Positions 1 through 12,602 of a stretch of 64,000 nt of DNA are shown here, one piece after another. The stretch's first letter is position 1. Each line of letters opens with the position of its first letter. Location of the stretch: the NCBI GenBank assembly GCA_053919585.1, contig CM132791.1. One strand, given 5' to 3'. The stretch comes from Euprymna scolopes. Its lineage: Eukaryota. The notes beneath the pieces were generated by a model, which was not told where the DNA came from, searched no databases, and was given only the letters and a program-made list of their open reading frames with translations. Made by a program: the position numbers and the translations under genes.

Positions 1-35
1 AAATGAAATTCTGATAGAAATTCACCCACTAATAT

Positions 36-304
36 TCACTGTGATAAGTTATTGTAGTACCATTTGCTAGTACCATTGGTCGTCCTGGTCACGCCGCTAC
101 ACCCACAATAACCGGGTGGTGATTTAATAGCGCGCGGAGCGATAGAGTAAAATGTGCACCACACTTGTTGACTGAACTCTACATTTCTTAAGTTCATTTC
201 TGCCATGGTGTAAGAACACAGATTTCTTGGCTCTCTATAAACGAGAGGAAGGGGCCCTTCTCCCTCAGGGCTAGTTAGGAACACTTCGGTAGCTAGTTCA
301 AAGC
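36..304 (-). CDS. Candidate coding exon, possibly terminal, encoding a Cys-containing peptide of unknown family
   Basis: GC-richer than its flanks. Acceptor-like tttatag| at 306-305 (phase 1), then an open frame (G)FELATEVFLTSPEGEGPLPLVYREPRNLC...VWCTFY...GYCGCSG...NLSQ* ending in TGA at 38-36. No homology recognised. Confidence 0.35.
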
Positions 305-574
305 CTATAAATTTATAAGTTTACGTATTAGTTGTTTTTGATTGTTTTTTTTTTAATAATGTGATATATTTATGTATAGAAATAACATAATCAAGATGTT
401 CTATATATAATTCACCATGTTTTGTTCTGTTGTAAATGTCGAAAAAATGCCTGAAGACGATTGCAGTGGACAAGAAGACCACAAGAATGAGACGTCGTCC
501 TGAGAGAAGGAAGGAGCTATCCACACCCAAATCACTAAGATATATCTTAACTCTCCATTTCTGACAATAGACGT

Positions 575-773
575 CTAAGCGACTGATCATCATATCCTTA
601 ATACTATCGACTGGTCCATCGTGTCACAGTCTGGTGCCGTTCTAAGACATTTGTAGTAACACATGGGCGGTAATCCTATTGACCGATCCATAGTGTAACA
701 ATTTCATCCCGTTTCCAGGACATTTACGTAGCACGCGGGGCGGTCATGCTCTTGACCGGCCCATATTGTTACA
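575..773. repeat. Degenerate tandem repeat, ~72-73 bp period, ~3 units, with internal hairpin
   Basis: Unit ends align: tatcgactggtccatcgtgtcaca (605-628), tattgaccgatccatagtgtaaca (677-700), tcttgaccggcccatattgttaca (750-773). Units 2-3 carry GGGCGGT(C/A)A...TGACCG inverted motifs. Confidence 0.65.
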
Positions 774-2354
774 TTATTACTATAATCATGTTCATTGTTA
801 CCAGTATTTTGTTTGCCCTTTTTTTCGAATTTTGAACCCTTTTACTCTCCGAATACAACATGTATATCGTTCGAGTAGCTGTTTATTTAGTGTGCACGAC
901 AAACGTTTTTGAACTGCACAAAATTGCATATTATTGGTGTTCTTTGGTCTTGCTAACTTTTGAAGAGCGGTTTTGTCATTAAGTGATTAAGCATTATCTA
1001 TTCTTATTTGTATTATTGAACTAGATTTGATCGCGTCACAAGGTTGTATGCCGTTAATGCTTTGGCTGTTTTTATATTATTATTACAGAGTTCCGTGTAA
1101 GGAAGGTGTGAGATTTAAGCCAGACTCCATAAAATATGAGAACCGCAACAAAATGTTACTTAAGTAGAACCGTCAGCACTTCCTAATAGGGGCGCTTCTG
1201 GCAATAAGCATCGAACGTATTTCATCTATAATCCGGGAAACATAAATTTGCGATGCACATGCTGTTTCAGCCGATCCTTAGTCAAAAGCGTATATATTAT
1301 TAAAAACAACCCATACTAAGTTTTAAGCCAAGAAAAAATACCCTGGCTAGATTTAACGTTTTGTTAATATTTGCATAATGTGTTATTTATCAAATATTGA
1401 TTGTTGAATTATAGAAGCGTTTGTTCGATGTGTAAATCATACTCTATGGTTTTGTGTGAAATTGCAGCCGAATAATATTAGACAATGTTGATAATCGCAA
1501 TCCTCTGTATTCTCTGAGTGAAATGTTTCTATGTATTTAACATATCGTAAAAAATCATATCTTATCAAAACAAGTTAACCAAACACTCTCATTCCCAACC
1601 GGAAAAACAAATTTTCTGACGAATAAGCTGACTACTTTCCTCGGTTTATCTTTCTTACAGTATATGTTCTTCTCATTGGGCATTAATGCCACTCATGGTA
1701 TATCTATGTGCCAGTGAAAAGTTTTGTACTTTCACTGAAAATCGATTCCCACATGAGCGAAAACAGTCAACCTGTTAAAAAGTTGATATGCTTTCATTTT
1801 TACTCCATTGTTACAGGAGGTAATATCAAATCTTCTTTTCATATTTTAACCCAACGATCCTGCCATCATTAAATATCAGTTTGCATTACATAATCCCTGC
1901 TCATATCATTCTCTCTGCCATCTTTGCATATATACGTCTTCACATCCATTGTTTACATATTCGGCGCTTTAATTATCATAGTGTACATGGACCACCCACA
2001 TTAAATCTAAACTATGCACTGCTTTCAACCGAATTCTATTAAAATAAAAACTTCTCGACCATTTTTTCAAACTGCTTCGATTAGGATTTTTATTTCTCCT
2101 TTATCTTCGAGGTTTTGGAATATATATTGTATGTAAATTAGATTTTTGTTAAAATTTCATCAACGTCACAGTCTGTTTTTCTTTATACTTTGTACGACAG
2201 GCGATAGAAGATTGTCTTTTCAAGTAATAGCATTCTAATCTCAGCTTTCACTATCCAATACTCTTACTCTAGTTATATAAGATGCCCTGAAATTGTTTTT
2301 TTTAATCTTTTATATTTTATATGGTCTAGAACATGTCTAAGCACATAACAGTTC

Positions 2355-3725
2355 GATTGTTCATCGTAACCTTCTTAGCGACACTCAATATGGTTTCCGT
2401 TCTGCTAGATCTACAGCAGATGTGTTTACAGTTATATCTCATAGGATTAGCAAATCTCTCGACGGAGGCAACCTTTCTAGGGCAATTGCTCTTGACATAT
2501 CTAAGGCCTTTGATAGGGTATGGCAAAAAGGTTTACTTCATAAGATCTCTCGCTATGGTATAGCTGGAAATGTCTTCTCAATTATTAAATCATTTCTTTC
2601 TGATAGGTTCATAAGAGTAGTAGTTGAGGGGCAAAAATCAGAAGCTCACAGTATTAATGTCGGTGTCCCTTAGGGGTCCATCCTGGGCACAACTCTTTTC
2701 CTGATCTACATTAATGATCTTCCAAATAACATCCTTACATCATTTGTAGACATCTATGCTGACGACACTACCATTTATGGTAGCACATCTAAGACAGTAA
2801 ACGACCAGGTTCTCTCCAATTTTCTCTTCTCTGATCTTGAGCACGTAGTACAATGGGGTAAGGAGTGGCTGGTTACTTTTAATGCATCTAAAACCAAGCT
2901 TCTCTCTTTACATCATCAACATTCTGATCCACATCTGGCATCAATTGAAATGAATGGCTCTCGTCTTCAGGAGGCCTCAAGTTTTGACAAGGTTCTTGGC
3001 TTGACCATTACTCCTGATCTTAAATGGAACACGTACATCAAATCTGTTGCCAAGACCGCTGGAAAAATGGTGGGATCTTTCTATCAGTCCGGTAGATATC
3101 TCACTGCTGATGCTATTCTCTATCTATATAAGAGCCAGATACATCCAAGGATGGGATATTGTTGCCACATCTGAGCAGGAGCTGCTAGAAAGGACTTGGC
3201 CTGCTTTGATAGAATTCAAAATAGACTTCGTAGCCTCGTAGAAGATGTCCTTTTCTCTTCCTTGCAACATCTATCTCACAGAAGAGATGTTGCGAGTTTG
3301 TTTCTGATGTATCGTTATTTTCATGGAAAGTGTTTGTCTGAGCTTCAATTTATGGTCCCCCTCGCCAAACTTTCACAAGAAACACTCGTCTAGCTGTAAA
3401 CACTATCAATAATTCCCCCCACTCTTTATCTGTACCTAAACCTAAACGTAGATTCCATCAACAAAGCTTCTTTCTTAGAATTGCATGCCTGTGGAATTGT
3501 CTTCCGTTTTCCTGCTTTCCGGCTGACTACGATATGGTTGTCTTCAAGTCTAACGTAAATAAGTTCTTGATGAGCCGTTCCATATAAGTTATCAAATTTA
3601 CCATATTTTCATTACTAATGATTACTATAGTGTCCAATTTCTACTGCACACTCTTTAACTTATCTTTGAGTGGCCTCTGGGCCTTGATAATGTGGTGATG
3701 CCTATGTAAAAAAAAACAAAAAAAA
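2355..3725 (+). mobile_element. 5'-truncated CR1/Jockey-group non-LTR retrotransposon (LINE), decayed RT plus 3' UTR and A tail
   Basis: QYGFR, ALDISKAFDRVW, GVP*GSILG, YADD (2755-2766), YCCHI*AGA and LSHRRDVASL motifs with stops and frameshifts. Family 3' tail gagtggcctctgggccttga followed by poly(A). Confidence 0.93.
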
Positions 3726-4099
3726 CCTACATTAGTGAACATCGTTAAAACATCATCTTCTCAAATTTCTTTTCTGACTGCATGAGAAGATACCCTATGT
3801 AACTACGTCCTCATTGCCAATCTTCAGAATATTCCGTCAAGCAATAATAAGTATAACTTTCGTAATAGGTTTTCAGATCAGTCGCTGATCGTCTCTTATT
3901 GTCTGCGATCCAAAAATATCCAGAATGAGAAATACTCTCGGCGTTAAATTGATTGAATGCAAACGCAATTCTTGACATCTGAACTTCAATCATTTCAGAC
4001 GGCTATCAATTTTCTGCAATTAATTTTCGATAAACTAAAATCTGCATTAAATTTTCGATCTACTAAAATCAGGATTCTGTCAAAACCTTAAGATATATT

Positions 4100-5391
4100 A
4101 AACAAGCCGATAGATGTCATCGAACCTGTTAATGTCCAAAACTGTTTCGATGTAATCCAGTAAGGTAGTTTAACTTACGGGGTAAATCCACTTATGAGAT
4201 TTAATATTCTGCGATAACTTAATATGATTACTTCACCCCAAGTTCAGACGACAGAGACATGATGAACAGGAACATATTTTCCTGATAATAAATTGCAGAT
4301 GTCAAAGAATTGGTATTAAACTAAGCAAGTAATGAACGCGTGAAGTAATCTTAAGATTGTCATTTGGAATATCTAAAATAAGCTGAAATAATTGCTGATG
4401 TAAGCATATATTCCATGTCAATTACGATTTTAAACTTGCATTTCTTGAGCTGATATTAAAATGAAATGAAATTATTTTGATGATAGTGATTACAACTAAA
4501 AAACAGGCGATAGACCGATTGTTTTTAATATGGCTTTTTTTTAGCAAATCATTATCACTAAGTTAACTGCCATGCCAGAAATGATAATAATATATCCCAA
4601 AATTTCAATATTTATCGAGTAAAAATTTATATAATGTAAAAGTGGTGTCTACAAAAAATTGGGAGGAACTACATTTTTCGTATATGTTTTTTGACAGTAT
4701 ATTTGTTCCACAAGTAGGATTGCAGAAACAGTAAACATAACTCAAATTGCTTTTTGTTATGACCATTGTCATGAAAACAGTTTTGCCGTCCTCTTTAGTT
4801 CTACTACACAAATTTTCGTAACACTTTGAGTTATTAATATTTTCGACTTGGTGATTAAGTAAGAAATATTGTTTTTCATTTAAAACATATTTAAAAAATC
4901 AATCTTTAGCTGTCTTTGTACAAACATCAAATGGAAAAATAATAGTTTTGTTACTAAGAAAATGGATTCCAACGGATGAATATATGCGAAGGCATTAAAA
5001 TTTAGAAAAAAACAAGGGCATCGCTATTGCAAATGTTACTTGAAATTCCCATGGGTGATTGCTCTCAATGAAATTGATGATACGTTAAAAATTCTTCAGA
5101 AAAAATAATAAATTGTCTAGTGAATTATGCCAAAAAATTCAGTAATTTCTTCTAATATGATCTTGTCTGTCTCTAGATTACATCGAAACAACTGGGCTAG
5201 TGGCATTATTCTAGCATGCAAGAGATAAATAGAGAGAAAATAAGAGAGATGATGATAGAGTTCTTGTGAGCTATTTAAATATTTAAACACTTGAATGCGA
5301 TATAAACGCAATGCAGTGAACATTTTACCTGATCACTTTTAACTATGACAATATGCGAGTTCAAAGATCTACATGATATTTCATGATTCGC
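4100..5391 (-). pseudogene. Exon-like remnants resembling a C-type lectin domain (exon 5391-5329, then from 4281)
   Basis: tttttgtag| 63-nt open exon ANHEISCRSLNSHIVIVKSDQ |gtaaaa joins in phase 0 to ttattatcag|ENMFL, matching the CTLD motif C-x3-4-HL-x-I-x-S-x2-EN-x-FL. Further on, YLTGLHRNSFGH* resembles the WIGL region. Stops follow. Confidence 0.35.
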
Positions 5392-6579
5392 CTACAAAAA
5401 CATATCCCATCTCAATTAATGGTATTTTAATCAGCACCACAACCGCAAGTTCTATATATATAATAAGTATTGAAGTCGTATTCACGGAAATATTAATGAT
5501 ATTAAACACTTTTATTTAGACACACAGTGTGAACATAACTAGTGTATTATATTATGCTCTAATAATATTTTGCTATTCTTACCATATGTGGGTTTATTGG
5601 CAGAATTAGAACTACAACTGAGACACACATCCCGACACATAGAAAAACGATAGATATATTCAATATTATTTGGAAATAATATAAACCAATGTCGCCGCAT
5701 TAGACTATTAAGGGATACAACGGGATGTTCTACAATATATTCGGCATTACATACGAATTTACTGAAAATCTCAGCGAGCAGTAAAACATAAATATGAATG
5801 TAGTGTTTATGTATTAAGAAACTGAAGGATAAAAACCACACACTATGTGTATAAAATACTAGATTAAATAATGTGACATGTGAAGCAGAAGAAATCCAAT
5901 AGACATGGTGATGATAATAGGATCAGCATACGTTTGGAATAAACGAGATTAATAAGAAAAGAAACAAAATTGCTATAAGAGATTAGGTTAGAAAACTACA
6001 AAAAATAAAACTGAATATGAATTGAAATCGTCGATAGTAGGTAAACATAGTAAATCAATTAATCTAAAAGATGTAACCTATGTTCATTTCAATCATACAA
6101 AAGAGTGATATTTAATGTAGAAATGTTTAATAAAATGTTAGAAGTTATACAAAACTGTCTCCACAGAAATACATTTTTATTATTACGACTAAGGCCTGAG
6201 TAAAAATTAAAAAAAAATACATTTTTTTAAAATATATGCCCGTATATATGTGTGTTAGTATTTTTGATGTGTCTGTGGCTGTGTATCGGTGCGTGTGTTT
6301 GTGTACAAGTAGGTGGCCATATGAATGCAATATTGGATATATATTTACAAGAACACAAATTAGTAATTTCAGAAACAATTAGAAGTAATATACCATTAAA
6401 ACCTGAATTAAAATTGGGTGCCCTCTATTGTATCAGACATGACAGAATGGTTAATTGTAGGTATAGACCGTTTCATACCCACAGACAAGGGCAAAAAATA
6501 ATAGACAACTGTGGTTCTCTTCAGAATGTGTCGATGCCATTGCACACAGAAATCACCTTTCCATTGCATCCGACATAAT

Positions 6580-8572
6580 AAATGTCCCGAGACTAAAGCC
6601 GCTTTCAGAAATGGCAGCAACTACTAAATAAGTAATAAAGAACACAAGAGAGCTGTATGCTCAGTCCGTTTTCAAAGTATCTGATCAGATGCTTGATTCT
6701 CACCAGTTTTTGGTAAATAGCAAACAGATTCCTGAACATGTATTATGGAAATAGAGCATGAGCTCTATTCCAACTATCACCATTGGACATTATGTAAACT
6801 CCTCAGCATCAGACGAAGCCAAACATTTTGCCAAGAACGTTGCAACTAATTCTACCCTTTGCAAATACGGCCACCAACCTCCCCTATCTCTTTCTGTATC
6901 AGCACACACGCTATATGATATTCAAATATATGTGTGTGATGTTGCCAAGCTACTCAAAAACCTTGATTCCAGTAAAGCAATCGGCCCTGACAGTATTCCA
7001 TTTATAGTACTCAAAAAAACTTAAACCAGAACTAGCGCCCATACTTACAAACCTGTTTGAATGTTGTGTTAAGGAGAATTGTTTCCCATCATCATGGAAA
7101 ATCTTATCAGTATGCCTCGTATTTACGAATTCAGCTGGTTGCCCATCTCCCTCTCAGTATAGGCAATACTCTCTGGTGCGCCATAAGTAAGTTGCAGGAA
7201 TAAGTGTTAAATAGAGAAGTAATCAACCATCTCAGACAAAATAACAATCTTAGTGACACGCAATATTGTTTCCGTTCTGCTAGATTTAGAGCAGATGTTC
7301 TTACAGTTATATCTCATAGGATAAGCGAATCTCTCGACGGAGGCTACCTTTCTAGGGAAATTGCTCTTGATAAATCGAAGCCTTTGATAGAGGATTGCAT
7401 AAAGGTTTACTTCACAAGATCTCCAGTTACGGTGTAGCTGGAAATGTCTTCTCAATTATTATATCATTTCTCTCTGATAAGAATGGTTGGTGGGCAGAAA
7501 TAAGAATCCCACATTAGTCATGCTGGAGTCCCTCAGAGGTCCATCCTAGGCCCAACTCTTTTCCTGATCTACATTAATGATATTCAAAATCACATTCTTA
7601 CATCATTCGTAGAGAGTTATGCTGATGACACTACTATCTATGGTAGCACATTTAAGACCGTAAACGACAATTTCTCTCCGATTCTCACTCCACTGATTTT
7701 GAGCAAGTGGTACAACGGGTAAAGAGTTGGCTCGTACTTTTAATGCATCTAAAACCAAGCTTTCATGTTTATATCATAAAGCTCCGATCCCCATCTGTCA
7801 TCAATTGAAATGAATTGCTCTCGTTTTGGTGAGGCCTCAAGTTTTGACATGATTCTGGGCTTGACATTTACTCCTGATCTGAAATTGAATCACCACATTA
7901 AATTCCTTGCCAAGGGTGCTGGAAAAATGGTAAGATCCTTCTATCGATCCAGTAGATATCTCACTGCTGATGCAATTCTCTATCTATATAAGAGTCAGAT
8001 ACGTCCAAGGATGGAGTACTGTTGTCACATCTGGACAGGAGCTGCTAGAAAGGAGTTATCCTGCCTGGATAGAGTCAAAAATAGACCCCAGAGCCGCGTA
8101 GGGAGTGTTCTTTTCTTTTCCCTACAACCTTTTTGTCACAGAAGAGATGTTGCCAGTTGGTTTCTCCTTTATCGTGATTTTCATGTCAAGTGTTATACTG
8201 AGCTCAAATCTATGGTCCCCCCTCGCGAAACTTTCACAAGAAATACCCGTCTGGAAGAAAATACTATCAATAATTCCCCTCACTCTTTATCTGTGCCTAA
8301 ACTTAAACGTAAATTCCAGGAACAAAGCTTCCATATGAGAACATGGCTAGTGAATTGTCTTCTGCTTTCCTCCTTCCCAGCTTACTATAATATGGTTTTC
8401 TTCAAGTCTAACGTAAAGAAGATTTTGATGAGTCGTTCCATATAAGTTAACTAATTTACTGAATTCCCATGACTAACAATTATTTATTGTCCGATGTCTA
8501 CTGTACACTCTTTAAATTTAATCCTCGAGTAGCATCTTAACCTTGATACGCCGGGATGTCTTTGCAAAAAAG
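6580..8572 (+). mobile_element. CR1/Jockey-group LINE, longer and more decayed copy (ORF2 linker + RT + 3' UTR)
   Basis: KAIGPDSIP, PELAPIL, FPSSWK, QYCFRS, YADD (7618-7629), ORF 7810-8445 with MEYCCHIWTGA. Colinear with the 2355-3725 copy; degenerate 3' tail. Confidence 0.92.
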
Positions 8573-9362
8573 AACCCTATTTGGAATATATAGTATCAGG
8601 AAGAGATACATATTATGTTTTAAAATAAAATGTAAAGGGAAACTGAATATTATAAACAATACACGGTTGATAATTTAAGGTTCACTGATTATGTAAAAGG
8701 GTTGTATTGTAATGGAAATAATTGAAAGAAAAAAATGATAAAATAGAAAAATGTATAAACAACTAAATAAGAATGTTGATATATAAATATATAGAAAGTA
8801 TAAAAATACTAATTGATTAAAAATTTGTAAAATAATAAAAAATCGATAGTGGTTCTAGTAAAATAAAAAAGAAATCAAGTACTAATCAACTTCAAGCCAT
8901 ATGCAACCCAGTTATAGCAAATTAAAATATACTAAAAATTAAAATAGACTAAATGATTATATATGTATTAATTAAACTTAAAAATTAACAAAAAAATCTA
9001 AACATAGTATAATAAAAAAATAAAAGAAATATAATAGCATATGATTGAGATAAAAAAAAAAATTCTATCATATTTTCTTTGTATTACGAAGAAAATATGA
9101 TAGAAAATTATTTTGAATAAATGTGGTTATTCACGAACTCTTTCCCTGTTCATTGTCTGAATAGGATTGAATAGATTATACTGTACAGTAAATAAAATAG
9201 TGTTGCTTTGTTCACGTTATGAGAAGACTATAGATTTATCACATTACTTGAATACATAAATATTAGAAAAAGAAGTTGAATATGAAATTATTCTACTACT
9301 AGGAAATTGCATCGTATAATGAATCGCACGTTATAATACATGGTTATCTTGGTTATTGTAAA

Positions 9363-9403
<41 letters not shown>

Positions 9404-9724
9404 ATGAAATTATTATGGGTGTATAGGTACTTGATTTTATTAAATCCTATCTGAGTCCCACAACGTCCTTCAGATGTTTTTTTTTATATAACCGTAAAAG
9501 TTATAAAAATATTAATTAAAGCTGGAGTGTGCTCCCAGAAACCGCCGTGAAATCTTTACATTCCGTATTTTTATCCAGAATTAAACGGGAAAACATACAC
9601 AACATATGTAATATAGTTTAATTTCATAAATTTAAGACCCGTTTTAATAATTTAGGTAAAATATTTGGTTTTTCCTATTTTATGTATAGTGTTCGATAAG
9701 TGAGAATATATATGTAGTAATTCA

Positions 9725-9765
<41 letters not shown>

Positions 9766-10803
9766 TAGATTCACTACAGATAAATATACCTGCGCATGCA
9801 TAGAAAGTACATTTTTAGGCTACGGCCTGTTTCAGTTTTATTTGTAATTTGGTCAGCTTAACATGTATTTTTACCTAAGAAAACAAAATTGAAATTCTTC
9901 CACAGTTCAACATTTTCGTTATATCACATTTCATGTCCGTAGATCAAAAGTTGACAGAGTATTTTGTTAGAGACTATTTCTTAAATAAAACTGTTAAACA
10001 AGGTCACTTTAATATCTCTTTCCTCTCTCTCTCTTAGGCCCGGGTTCTTAGTGTTTTGTCAGAATTAAATGAAACTTTGGTCATAGCTAGTTTATTATTT
10101 TCAAAATACCACATCCAAACACTATGGTATTTGGCCTTTTTTCTTTTCTCTGTTCTACAGCACATGTTATAGATGGCCTCCATTTAGCTTCTTNNNNNNN
10201 NNNNNNNNNNNNNNNNNNNNNNNNNNNNNNNNNNNNNNNNNNNNNNNNNNNNNNNNNNNNNNNNNNNNNNNNNNNNNNNNNNNNNNNNNNNNNNNNNNNN
10301 NNNNNNNNNNNNNNNNNNNNNNNNNNNNNNNNNNNNNNNNNNNNNNNNNNNNNNNNNNNNNNNNNNNNNNNNNNNNNNNNNNNNNNNNNNNNNNNNNNNN
10401 NNNNNNNNNNNNNNNNNNNNNNNNNNNNNNNNNNNNNNNNNNNTATTAATATTATTGGAATCTTTTCTTTTTTCATTGTACACATTTTTGTGAATTATTC
10501 CATGGATCTCTGCCTTTGGATTATTATGGACCATCCTCTTCCAATTACGGGATTTTCTTGGATTTTACTTGTACAAATCCAAATACTTTTAACTTTCTTG
10601 AAGTTTTACATTTGGCTGTTACCGTCACTGGATTTTTTAAAAATTTTCCACCAGACTATCCATTCATGTGTAATAACCTTTTTTCTTTACCATATCCCCT
10701 CTGCTTCATTATTTTTGTTTTCAAGTAAGATCTTTGACTTACTTGTTGATTCATCAAATACATCTGCATGCAAAATCCGATCCCGCATTTTGCTAATTCC
10801 TAC

Positions 10804-10850
10804 CCTCTGATGAGAAGGAAAGTATTTCTTCGAAACTCCGCGGATTAAGG
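10804..10850 (+). ncRNA. Minimal type I hammerhead ribozyme motif (Penelope/retrozyme type)
   Basis: Stem I cct/agg; core CTGATGA 10807-10813; stem II gaaggaa/tttcttc (7 bp, loop agta); GAAA 10832-10835; stem III contains palindromic tccgcgga with one C-U mismatch; triplet UUA with cut after 10847. Confidence 0.6.
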
Positions 10851-12184
10851 ACTATCCATTTATCTAGTGTTTCCTTTTCAGATTAAATATGTTTTTAACT
10901 CATTTCAAAATGTTTTTTAACATATTTTATNNNNNNNNNNNNNNNNNNNNNNNNNNNNNNNNNNNNNNNNNNNNNNNNNNNNNNNNNNNNNNNNNNNNNN
11001 NNNNNNNNNNNNNNNNNNNNNNNNNNNNNNNNNNNNNNNNNNNNNNNNNNNNNNNNNNNNNNNNNNNNNNNNNNNNNNNNNNNNNNNNNNNNNNNNNTAT
11101 TAACGTGGGAATTGTATCACATGTATAACTTGTTGTAATCAATTTTCTTTTGCAAGTCCAATTGAAATGGACCTATTATTTTCGTTATTTGTAATTATCG
11201 AAAACTCTGTTTATTAAGATAAAGATTTAAGGTAAAAGGCATATATATGATATCATAATAAAAACTATTTTAATGTAATTCTAAATCGCTGTAGTGCTGG
11301 ATATAATTCGACAGGAATAATCGATAGAAAGATAAAATAAGAACAATGTATGAGCAACGAAAATGATATTTTTAATATTATGAATAGTTATTGTTTTGGG
11401 AGTTAAGGGAAATACATGTCAACACAGAGACATAAAATTAGTATTTAAACTATAGTATTTATGAGAGAAAATCGAGAACAAGGAAAAAGGAATGGAAAAT
11501 AATAATAAAATGTTTGGGTGACAGTTAGAAAGAAAAAAGAAAGGAAATATTCATAACTGTCTACAGCTTGAGTTTTTAGAATGTTCTATTAGATAAATAC
11601 GGAAAATAAAAAAATGGAAAGCGCATAGAAGCACGAGAATAAGAAAAAAAATGAATAAATAATGTGTTTACTTAAAACAGAAAAAGAGGAATGAAATAAC
11701 ACGAGTTTAAATTCGAGAAAAAGGAAAACAACCATCTGCAAAGCTTGGAAGGAATTGATCTTAGGATTGCTTTCCTTAGTAGACGAAAGGAAAACACATT
11801 ACTCAAATTCGGGTGTCAGCTAATTTAACCTTTTACTCGAACTGTCTTTCTTTTCCTTTAAAATAAAATAAAAATACATATACATCGCTCTTTTTCCAGG
11901 TTCGTTCGCTTCCTCTCCGCACGTTTTAAATCCTTCTTCATTTTCCATTTCTTTTCTCAACCCCGACAGAGGCAGCGAGCAGTCAACTGCATAGTTTATG
12001 ATCAGCAAGAGACCCGTTCTCCTCTCCTTGCAAAAGGCAGCTTCGTTTTACAGAGGTTCCACATTAGATCAACCAATGTCTGGCCTTCTTCCGGTCTAAT
12101 GCTGATAGCTTATCGCGGGACCGAGCTTCTCGAATGGTTAAACATTTTTTTTAATGAGAAAGAGAATGAAATAGAGAAGTGGAA

Positions 12185-12188
<4 letters not shown>

Positions 12189-12226
<38 letters not shown>

Positions 12227-12268
12227 GGACAGATAGTGCGTGTGTTTGTGTATGTGTGTGTGTGTGTG
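12189..12268. repeat. (GA)n and (TG)n microsatellites
   Basis: Directly visible. Confidence 0.95.
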
Positions 12269-12291
12269 AAAGGGATGGCGATGCTAATGTC

Positions 12292-12339
12292 GAATGAGCG
12301 TCAAATGTGTTGAAAACGCTTTCATGACCCCTATTTATA
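12292..12339 (-). promoter_or_regulatory. Possible core promoter (TATA box) for a minus-strand transcript
   Basis: Minus-strand TATAAATAGGGG starts at 12339, with a CA about 31 nt downstream. A GC-richer UTR-like segment (12140-11880) follows and ends at a GT donor-like site. Confidence 0.25.
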
Positions 12340-12525
12340 AATCCTGGGGTTTACTCCCTTCTCTAATCAAAAAGCCCACCGACAAAATCCTTAAGCGTAA
12401 ACCTAGACTAAAGACTGTAAAAAGTTTTTCTTCTTTTTCTCTTCCCTCATAAATTATAAACCAGTCAAATCTAAAGCTGTGTCCGTCGTTTAAAATTTAT
12501 TGGTTTATGTAAATAAATAAATAAC

Positions 12526-12602
<77 letters not shown>

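Noticed and set aside
2326-2526. Minus-strand ORFs MPYPIKG... (and 7207-7455)
   Set aside because: Antisense shadow frames of the LINE RT.
10087-10810. Long ORFs spanning N-runs (also near 15.7, 17.4, 31.4, 36.8, 38.2, 38.9, 50.5, 56.9 and 58.3 kb)
   Set aside because: They are open only because N codons are not stops.
12107-12115. tagcttatc matching the miR-21 5' end
   Set aside because: Only 9 nt match, the remainder differs, and no matching precursor hairpin is evident.
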